Source: an uncultured Candidatus Saccharibacteria bacterium
GTDB lineage: Bacteria > Patescibacteriota > Minisyncoccia > UBA11713 > 2-01-FULL-45-33
Direction: 5' to 3'
Length of the DNA: 43,377 nucleotides
Assembly: GCA_964422785.1 (NCBI GenBank)
Contig: CAYRCJ010000001.1
Span: forward strand, 1-43,377
Made by a program: the position numbers and the translations under genes. Below are positions 34,360-40,465 of the stretch, piece after piece (position 1 is the first letter of the stretch; the number at the start of each line of letters is the position of its first letter). The notes under the pieces were generated by a model, which had not been told where the DNA came from, made no database searches, and saw nothing but the letters and a program-made list of their open reading frames with translations.

Positions 34360-34917
34360 TACTCGCTCCGTATATTCGCCGCTTTCGGTGTTTATCCTAA
34401 TTATATCTCCTTCGTTGATGAACATAGGCACGTTCATTGAAAGGCCGTTTTCCAAGACAACGGTTTTTGATCCTCCGGTGGCCGTGTCGCCTTTGTAAGA
34501 GGGCGGAGCTTCTTTGACCGCGTAATCCATCTTTACCGGAATCTCAACATTTAATATTTTTTCTCCAAATTTAAAAGCCAACACATCCGTATTTGGTTTT
34601 AAATATTTGCCGGATTCCCCAAGACTTTCTTCGCTCAAAGAAAATCTCATTTTGGGATCTGTTTTATCTCTAAACCAATATTCTCCTCTGCTTGAATATA
34701 AAAATATAATCGGCTGTTTGTCTATTTCGGCTTCGGGAAAAGAATCGCTTTGCTGGAAAGTGCGGGTGGTGATTTTGCCCGTAATAAGATTCTTTAATTT
34801 TGTCTGCGAGGTCGGGCGGCGTTGCTGCATTCTTAAAAAGGCGTATTCTAAAACAATGTAGGGTTCGCCCTCCATTACAAATATGGTTCCTTTGGTTAAA
34901 TCCGTATATGAAAGCAT
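34348..34917 (-). CDS. efp: Elongation factor P
   Basis: The protein is 189 aa and starts MLSYTDLTKGTIFVMEGEPYIVLEY.F....QRRPTSQTKLKNLITGK. The EF-P family pattern includes the loop Lys context. Confidence 0.95.
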   Translation of the reverse strand: MLSYTDLTKGTIFVMEGEPYIVLEYAFLRMQQRRPTSQTKLKNLITGKITTRTFQQSDSFPEAEIDKQPIIFLYSSRGEYWFRDKTDPKMRFSLSEESLGESGKYLKPNTDVLAFKFGEKILNVEIPVKMDYAVKEAPPSYKGDTATGGSKTVVLENGLSMNVPMFINEGDIIRINTESGEYTERVEKK

Positions 34918-34942
34918 TTCAAATTAGTGTATCATAATTTTT
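34918..34942. promoter_or_regulatory. 25-bp divergent efp/gatB control region with overlapping opposite-strand -10 boxes and no SD on either side
   Basis: On the plus strand, CATAAT (34933-34938) lies 4 nt before the gatB ATG. On the minus strand, TATGAT (34937-34932) lies 14 nt before the efp ATG. No purine-rich SD is present in either leader. Confidence 0.4.
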
Positions 34943-36385
34943 ATGGAATATCAAGGCACAATCGGGCTTGAAATCCACTCCGAACTTCGCACAAAAACGA
35001 AGATGTTTTGCGGCTCAAAAAACGATTCCAATGAGCGTCATCCCAATATTAATATCTGCCCCGTCTGCATGGGGCATCCGGGTACGTTGCCGGTTATAAA
35101 CGAAGAGGCGGTGCGCCATGTTCAGCGTGTTGGGCTGGCGCTTGGCGGCCAGGTGCAGAAATTTTCTCAATTTGACCGCAAGAATTATTTTTATCCGGAT
35201 CTGCCCAAGGGATATCAAATTTCTCAATACCAGCATCCTTTGGTTTTTGGAGGCGAGCTTAAGGGGGTAAGAATAACCAGAGTGCATTTGGAGGAAGATA
35301 CGGCCAGACTCTCACATGAAGGAAGCTCCGACGCGAAGTCGGAGCGACCAGCTTCGCTGGTCGACTTCAACCGAGCCGGAGTTCCTTTGATGGAATTGGT
35401 TACCGAGCCTGATTTTCGGGACGCCAAAACAGCGAGAGAATTTTGCGAAGAACTTCAGCTTGTTTTGCAATATTTAGGGGCGTCATACGCGAATATGGAA
35501 AAAGGGGAGATGCGATGCGAAGCAAACATATCACTAAACATGGGAACAAAAGTTGAAATAAAAAATCTCAATTCTTTTCGGGCGGTTGAAAAAGCCATTG
35601 AATACGAGATTGAACGCCAAAAAAGATTGTTGGAGAGCGGCGAAAAAGTTCACCAGGAAACCAGGGGGTGGGACGAAGACAAAGAAATTACTTTTTCGCA
35701 GAGAAAAAAGGAATCAGCCCACGACTATCGTTATTTCCCTGAGCCGGATTTGCCCCCGTTTAATTTCGACGACAAATACATAGAGTCTCTAAGGGCGACC
35801 ATTCCCGAACTTCCCTGGCAAAAAAGAAAGAGATTGATTGAGGAATACAAAATTCCTGTTCATATGGCTGAAATTTTGGTTAGAGAAAAGGCGCTTTCTT
35901 CTTTTTGGGAGGAGACAGTTTCCGAACTTAAGGAGTGGGAAGATCCTGAAAAGTTTGAAGAAGGAATGAAGCTGGCTGTAAATTATTTTACCTCCGATCT
36001 TTTTGGTTTGATAAAAGAAAAGGAAATACCGATATCGGAACTTTTGGTGGACCCGGAAAACTTCGCGGAACTCATCAAAATGATCTCAAACAAAGAAATT
36101 TCTTCCCGCGCGGCCAAAGATGTTTTGATCCATATGGTAGAAGTCGGGGGAGACCCGTCAACCATTGTAAAAGATAAAGGACTTGCTATGGTAAGCGACG
36201 AAAAATCGCTCGAGGAAATGGCCAAACGGATAATATCCGAAAATCCTAAAGCAATTGAGGACTACAAAAAAGGAAAACAAAATTCTATCCAATTTTTGGT
36301 GGGACAAATGATGAAAGAAACCAAGGGGGCGGCGAGTCCGGAGCTTGCCCGAACCCTCTTGACAAAACTAATAGAAAGAGTATAA
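34943..36385 (+). CDS. gatB: Asp-tRNA(Asn)/Glu-tRNA(Gln) amidotransferase subunit B
   Basis: GLEIH.EL.TKTKMFC, ICPVCMGHPGTLPV, HLEEDTA..., SLVDFNRAGVPLMELVTEPD and a C-terminal GatB/YqeY domain (QFLVGQMMKETKGAASP). Confidence 0.95.
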   Translation: MEYQGTIGLEIHSELRTKTKMFCGSKNDSNERHPNINICPVCMGHPGTLPVINEEAVRHVQRVGLALGGQVQKFSQFDRKNYFYPDLPKGYQISQYQHPLVFGGELKGVRITRVHLEEDTARLSHEGSSDAKSERPASLVDFNRAGVPLMELVTEPDFRDAKTAREFCEELQLVLQYLGASYANMEKGEMRCEANISLNMGTKVEIKNLNSFRAVEKAIEYEIERQKRLLESGEKVHQETRGWDEDKEITFSQRKKESAHDYRYFPEPDLPPFNFDDKYIESLRATIPELPWQKRKRLIEEYKIPVHMAEILVREKALSSFWEETVSELKEWEDPEKFEEGMKLAVNYFTSDLFGLIKEKEIPISELLVDPENFAELIKMISNKEISSRAAKDVLIHMVEVGGDPSTIVKDKGLAMVSDEKSLEEMAKRIISENPKAIEDYKKGKQNSIQFLVGQMMKETKGAASPELARTLLTKLIERV

Positions 36386-36386
36386 T
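36359..36386 (+). promoter_or_regulatory. Perfect-consensus sigma70 promoter at the very 3' end of gatB, pointing into a noncoding region
   Basis: TTGACA (36359-36364), a 16-nt spacer, then TATAAT (36381-36386, containing the gatB TAA stop). The predicted TSS is around 36392-36394 (GG). Confidence 0.5.
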
Positions 36387-36392
36387 GAAAAG

Positions 36393-36686
36393 GCGAGATG
36401 CGCGGCTGGCGGAAGGTCCGCTATGCTGGCCATCAAACGGGGAACGCCGCAGAAGGGTGACGCCGATGACGGGTCGGCGCTTCACGGAAGCGGAGTTCCC
36501 CACCGCACTTTTAAATTCAAAAATTTTTGTCCGTATAGATTACTGAATAACTGGTTTGTAGTAGTCCATCTGTATTGGACAGTCTAATGGTGTTGGCCAG
36601 TTATGTCACAATCTAGCAGAGCTTAAAGATCCTCCTTCTAGTCTCCGATTGGAGACGGGCTCTGTTTCAAAATAAACAGCCTTAGC
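36393..36686 (+). ncRNA. Candidate structured noncoding RNA, family unassigned
   Basis: It lies in a 333-bp gap between convergent genes, bounded by the consensus promoter and a terminator. Positions 36401-36510 are 67% GC (74/110, counted), whereas 36511-36690 are 38% GC. A rod-like fold is possible: GGGGAAC/GUUCCCC, CCGC/GCGG and GUGACGCCG/CGGCG(CU)UCAC. Further hairpins are gtctcc gatt ggagac and ctgttt caaaat aaacag. A possible long-range pairing joins 36413-36432 with 36594-36624. Confidence 0.35.
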
Positions 36687-36718
36687 AAAAAAGGGCGCCG
36701 AAAACCGGCGCCCTTTTC
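36687..36718. terminator. Bidirectional terminator (miaA on the minus strand, candidate ncRNA on the plus strand)
   Basis: gggcgccg aaaac cggcgccc (an 8-bp GC stem), flanked by aaaaaa and ttttctc. Confidence 0.75.
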
Positions 36719-37729
36719 TCATATTTTTAACAACTTCATCGCTTCTTTTTCTTTCGAAACCCAGTGAATGTCTTTATTTTTTTTAAACCAAGTCATTTGC
36801 CTTTTGGCGTAGTGGTTTATTTCGGTTTCCAGTTTTTCTATCATAGTTTTTTTATCTATTTTTTTGCGGATAAATGAAGAGATATAGCGATATTCCAAAC
36901 CAAGATCATATAGACGTTTCCATGTTAGGCCAGCCCTTGGCTGGTGGGCCTTGGGCCCAAGTTTTTTTATTTCTTTAATAATCCCCGGCAGCCGTTTAAT
37001 TAATCTTTTGTGTATTCTTTTTTTGAGCCCTTCTTTGGATTTTTTGATCCCTAGCCAGAGTGCGCTCTGGCTAACCAATGAAGCCTCCTCACTCATTCTC
37101 GGCCGTCCAGCGACGGCCTCCGAGGATTTCGCGCCTTTTTGCCCCTCGCTTCGCTCGGGTACCATGCCAAAAAGGCCGAAAAACCCGTTCGGAGGCTCAT
37201 TGGTTATCCCTCCCTTCTTGCCTTTCGCAATCTCAATAGCCCTCACCAATCTCACAGGATTTTTGGCATCAATATTTTTTGCTCTTTCTGGATTTATTTT
37301 CTTTAAAATTTTAAACAGTTCTTTCACAGATTTTTTGGCCAATTTTTTCCGAAGTGCCTGATTTGGGGGAGTGCATGCGGTATCGATTTTCCCCAGCGCC
37401 ACATCGATATAAAAACCGGTACCACCGACAACAATCGGGATTTTATTTTTTTTGTATATTTTATCCGCAGCTTCATTGAAACATTTTTTGAAATCTTGGG
37501 CCGTGAAAATTTTCTCGGGATCGGCCACGTCCAGGCAATAATGCGGGATGCCGCGCATTTCCTTTTTTGTAATTTTTCCGGAGCCGATATCTAGGCCCTT
37601 GTATACCTGGCGCGAATCCGCGGAGATTATTTCCCCGCCGATTTTTTTGGCGATTTTAACAGCCAAATCAGATTTGCCCGAGGCAGTGGGTCCGACCACA
37701 ACTACCATTTTTTTATTGTTTGACAGCAT
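36719..37729 (-). CDS. miaA: tRNA dimethylallyltransferase (carrying an internal ~45-aa insertion)
   Basis: The P-loop is VVVGPTASGKSDLA. Also present are ISADSRQVYKGLDIGSGK, IPIVVGGTGFYI, LGLEYRY and AKRQMTWFKK. Confidence 0.9.
   Translation of the reverse strand: MLSNNKKMVVVVGPTASGKSDLAVKIAKKIGGEIISADSRQVYKGLDIGSGKITKKEMRGIPHYCLDVADPEKIFTAQDFKKCFNEAADKIYKKNKIPIVVGGTGFYIDVALGKIDTACTPPNQALRKKLAKKSVKELFKILKKINPERAKNIDAKNPVRLVRAIEIAKGKKGGITNEPPNGFFGLFGMVPERSEGQKGAKSSEAVAGRPRMSEEASLVSQSALWLGIKKSKEGLKKRIHKRLIKRLPGIIKEIKKLGPKAHQPRAGLTWKRLYDLGLEYRYISSFIRKKIDKKTMIEKLETEINHYAKRQMTWFKKNKDIHWVSKEKEAMKLLKI
37072..37206. repeat. 135-bp GC-rich element flanked by inverted repeats, embedded in frame in miaA
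   Basis: The terminal inverted repeat is taaccaatgaagcctcc (37072-37088) / ggaggctcattggtta (37191-37206), 16 bp with one bulge. The length is 135 nt, or 45 codons. GC is 57% (77/135, counted), and the flanking miaA is visibly AT-rich. Internal hairpins are ggccgtc cagc gacggcc, gcctttttg..caaaaaggc and ccgaa aaacccg ttcgg. Confidence 0.5.
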
Positions 37730-37780
37730 ATACTGCTTTTAATACCATTAAAGTAGATTTTTAGAAAACAGGAAAGATCT

Positions 37781-38665
37781 ATGAAATACAGAATACTCAT
37801 AGTTTTCCTTGCTTTTTTCTGTTTTGCGGCAGGCTATGCTGAAGCCGCTCCTCAAAAGGGCATATTTATCGATAAAGAAGCGGAAGCCCTTGTCAGGATA
37901 TTTGTGAATTGCAATTACTCTATTTTACTCAAATCTCCGGCAAATAAGGAGATTAAGATCAGTGTCACCAAAATGGGCAACGGTTTCTTTTCGGGAGAAG
38001 AGAAAATAGATGAATCTCTTCTCTACGGAGAGGGAGAGGCCGTTGTAACAGCCAGCCATATATTGCTTTGTGATTCCACCGTGGGCGATTTGGACAAGAG
38101 CGGAATTTTCAGCGAGTATCAAAAGAATTCCAAAGACAACATCAGTGTGGAAAACATTGCCGGGTTTAAAGATTCTAAACTTGTTTCTACCTCGGCTTTC
38201 ACCGCCAACGGTCGCAATTTGTCCGACATTCAGGAAATATTTATTTCTCCCGCGCCGCACATGCTGAATGATCCGGACAGGGCACTGCTCAAAGTCCGTG
38301 TCGATCCGTCGATTCCCCATTCTCATATTCCTCTGATGGACGATAAAGTTTTTGATGAAATTTTTCTGAAAGACGGAATTAAAAAGAGCGTTTATTTGCG
38401 CGGATTTATCAGTTTTATCGGAGGCTGGTTTGTAAGATATAAAGACGCGGAGATAGAGTGGGTGGGTGAGAACACTATCCAAATAAACGAGCATCTGGAT
38501 AAGGGGCTTTCCGGGAGTCCGTTGCTTTTTAACTATAACGGCAAAACTTACGCCCTCGGAGTCCTTTCCAGCACGCCATTGGAACAAACAGGCAGATTTT
38601 ATGATTGGTCCTGGATATCTATAACAAAAAAAAGTTTTTTGAATTCCAAACAAAAAAAGAAATAA
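37781..38665 (+). CDS. Secreted trypsin-fold (S1-like) serine protease
   Basis: A signal peptide is present (..FAAGYAEAAP). The catalytic triad contexts are VVTASHIL (His), DRALLKV (Asp) and KGLSGSPLL (Ser). Confidence 0.7.
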   Translation: MKYRILIVFLAFFCFAAGYAEAAPQKGIFIDKEAEALVRIFVNCNYSILLKSPANKEIKISVTKMGNGFFSGEEKIDESLLYGEGEAVVTASHILLCDSTVGDLDKSGIFSEYQKNSKDNISVENIAGFKDSKLVSTSAFTANGRNLSDIQEIFISPAPHMLNDPDRALLKVRVDPSIPHSHIPLMDDKVFDEIFLKDGIKKSVYLRGFISFIGGWFVRYKDAEIEWVGENTIQINEHLDKGLSGSPLLFNYNGKTYALGVLSSTPLEQTGRFYDWSWISITKKSFLNSKQKKK

Positions 38666-38696
38666 AAATCCCCCGATGGCCTCGGGGGATTTTTTC
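38665..38696. terminator. Bidirectional terminator between convergent genes
   Basis: atcccccga tggcc tcgggggat (a 9-bp stem), flanked by aaaa and tttttt. Confidence 0.75.
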
Positions 38697-40423
38697 TAAC
38701 CTGTTTTTTTGAGAAAGTCTTCAATTTTCATCTGGCCAAGATCTCCCTTGCCGCGCTCTCTAACGGCGACGGTTTGAGATTCATTTTCTTTTTCACCGAT
38801 CACCAAAAGATAAGGGATTTTTTGAAGCTCCGCTTCCCTTATTTTTTTTCCTATAGATTCATTGCGGTCATCCAGCTCCGTCCTTATATTTTTTATTTCA
38901 AGTTTTTCGCGCACGCTTTTTGCGTAGGGCGCAACCTGATCATTGATGGCCAGTATTTTCACCTGCACCGGAGACAGCCAAAATGGAAATGCTCCGCCGA
39001 AGTGTTCAATTATGACGGACAAAAATCTTTCGATGGATCCCATTATCGCGGCGTGGATCATAATAATGGTTTCTTTTTCGCCGCTCTCGTTGATGCAGGT
39101 AAGGCCAAATCTTCCAGGCATATTTACATCCAATTGTATTGTTGCCACCTGCCAACTCCGCCCCAAAGAATCTTCCGCCATGAAATCAAGCTTTGGAGCG
39201 TAAAATGCCGCTTCCCCCAATGCCTCAACATATTCGGTGTTATTTTCTTTGGCGACCTCGCGGAGTATTTCTTCTGCGCGCTCCCAATGTTCTTTGTCTC
39301 CCAGATATTTTTCGGGTTGTTCCGGATCCCGCAGAGACAGGCGGAGCCGCAATTTCATATTGAATGCTTCATAAAATGTATGGACAATTTCCCAAATTTT
39401 CTTAATTTCTTCTTTGGTCTGGGATATTCTGCAAAACACATGCGCGTCATCCTGGGTTATGGAAATAACTCTGGAAAGGCCGGAAAGTTCCCCGCTTTGC
39501 TCGTCCCGATATACTTTGGTGGTGCTTGCATATTTTTGTGGAAGTTCGCGGTAACTCCACTGTTTGCGGGCGTAAATTTGGGTGTGATGCGGGCAATTCA
39601 TCGGCTTCATTGCGAAAATATGGCCTTCGCGGGTATTTATTTTGAAAAGCTCGTCTTTAAATTTATCCCAATGACCGCTGGTTTCGTACAAATCCTTTTT
39701 GGTGATATGCGGGATATCAACGCGTTGGTATCCGTGTTTTTTGCGGAGCTGCCAGACAAAATCATCCAAAACATCGCGGAGCACCGTTCCTTTCGGGGTA
39801 AAAAGCGGAAGTCCTCCGCCGACAAGATTAGAGAAAGTGAATAAATCCAGCTCCACGCCGAGCTTTTTGTGATCCCGCTTTTTTGCTTCCTCGAGCATTG
39901 CCAAATGCGCATCCAATTCCTCTTTGGTGGAGAAAGCTAAGCCGTAAATGCGGGTAAGCATTTTATTTTTTTCATTGCCGCGCCAGTAGGCGCCGGCAAC
40001 ATGGGTCAATTTAAACGCGTTTGGGTCAATGTCTTTCGCCGGATTTTCCGCGTGTCCTCCGCGGCACAAATCTTCAAATGCGCCGGATTTGTAAAGAGTG
40101 AGTCCTTGGTCGGAATACTCATTAATAAGTTCAAGTTTGTATGGATTGTCTGAGAATATTTTTTCCGCGTCTTTCCTGGAAATTTCTGCGCGATCAAATG
40201 ATTTCCAGGCGGGTAAAATCTTCTTCATTCTTTTTTCTATTTTTGGAAGGTCGCTGTCTGAAATGGGGGATGACAATTCAAAATCGTAATAAAATCCGTT
40301 GTCTATCGCGGGGCCGATGGCGCGTTTCGCGTCCGGATATATTTCAAGTACCGCCGCCGCCAAAAGATGCGCCAAAGAATGGCGTATTTTTTCTATTTCC
40401 TTAATATTTTCTTCCGAAGACAT
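38696..40423 (-). CDS. thrS: Threonine--tRNA ligase (575 aa, starts at the editing/second additional domain; no TGS domain)
   Basis: IRHSLAHLLAAAVLEIYPDAKRAIGPAIDNGFYYDF, class-II motifs (..FRDEQSGELSGLSRV.., ..GSIERF..) and a C-terminal anticodon-binding domain. Confidence 0.95.
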   Translation of the reverse strand: MSSEENIKEIEKIRHSLAHLLAAAVLEIYPDAKRAIGPAIDNGFYYDFELSSPISDSDLPKIEKRMKKILPAWKSFDRAEISRKDAEKIFSDNPYKLELINEYSDQGLTLYKSGAFEDLCRGGHAENPAKDIDPNAFKLTHVAGAYWRGNEKNKMLTRIYGLAFSTKEELDAHLAMLEEAKKRDHKKLGVELDLFTFSNLVGGGLPLFTPKGTVLRDVLDDFVWQLRKKHGYQRVDIPHITKKDLYETSGHWDKFKDELFKINTREGHIFAMKPMNCPHHTQIYARKQWSYRELPQKYASTTKVYRDEQSGELSGLSRVISITQDDAHVFCRISQTKEEIKKIWEIVHTFYEAFNMKLRLRLSLRDPEQPEKYLGDKEHWERAEEILREVAKENNTEYVEALGEAAFYAPKLDFMAEDSLGRSWQVATIQLDVNMPGRFGLTCINESGEKETIIMIHAAIMGSIERFLSVIIEHFGGAFPFWLSPVQVKILAINDQVAPYAKSVREKLEIKNIRTELDDRNESIGKKIREAELQKIPYLLVIGEKENESQTVAVRERGKGDLGQMKIEDFLKKTG

Positions 40424-40429
40424 GAATGT

Positions 40430-40458
40430 ATAATATAGGATTTTTGCGCTAGCGGCAA
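40430..40458 (-). promoter_or_regulatory. Candidate thrS promoter giving a leaderless or near-leaderless mRNA
   Basis: On the minus strand: TTGCCG (40458-40453), a 17-nt spacer, then TATTAT (40435-40430), then 6 nt (acattc) before ATG 40423. There is no SD. Confidence 0.45.
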
Positions 40459-40465
40459 ATAATTT

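Noticed and set aside
34943-36385. gatB stands alone, without gatC or gatA next to it.
   Set aside because: Split gatCAB loci are common in bacteria. Nothing in the sequence suggests a functional anomaly, and gatA/gatC may lie elsewhere in the genome.
36397-36510. Possible divergent 5S rRNA. The length is ~110 nt and the region is GC-rich. The strings GGCUGGCGG, GGGAAC..CAGAAGGGUGAC and CGCCGAUG resemble the 5S helix I / loop C / helix V regions in the correct order.
   Set aside because: I could not form the 5S three-way junction. Helix II has no partner strand. The CGCCG...CGGCG segment pairs locally instead of forming the loop E / helix IV arm. Real 5S rRNA is too conserved to deviate this much. 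The region is kept only as an unassigned ncRNA candidate.
36385-36546. A 53-codon ORF (MKRRDARLAEGPLCWPSNGERRRRVTPMTGRRF...) whose start overlaps the gatB stop (TAATG).
   Set aside because: The Arg-rich, low-complexity translation is what any GC-rich structured region gives. Its codon usage (CGG/CGC) is unlike that of neighbouring genes. The ATG lies inside the -10 box of the consensus promoter, so it would be excluded from that transcript.
36629-36641. A strong SD-like AGAAGGAGGAUC on the minus strand.
   Set aside because: No start codon with a usable ORF follows it on the minus strand; TTG is followed immediately by TGA. It is the complement of the anti-SD-like tract discussed in the findings.
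36393-36690. RNase P RNA. CR-I-like GGAAGGUCC and CR-II, CR-III, CR-IV and CR-V-like strings occur in order, and the size is compatible.
   Set aside because: Only ~19 nt precede the CR-I-like string after the predicted TSS, which is too short for P1-P3. The best P4-like pairing has two mismatches and lacks the bulged-U geometry. About 65 nt with two hairpins follow the putative P4 3' strand, where only P1 should be. The assignment is left as a hypothesis to be tested with cmsearch.
38774-39844. A long 356-aa plus-strand ORF antisense to thrS. Similar antisense or shadow ORFs are 37925..38653 (242 aa), 12056..12658 (200 aa), 7303..7839, 8222..8740, 13406..13912, 6512..6904 and 26962..27360.
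   Set aside because: Each lies entirely inside a gene whose product shows clear family motifs or coherent domain patterns, or overlaps a gene end plus its terminator (26962..27360). Their translations are low-complexity or Phe/Arg/Ser-rich with no motifs, and they lack SDs. They are typical shadow ORFs.
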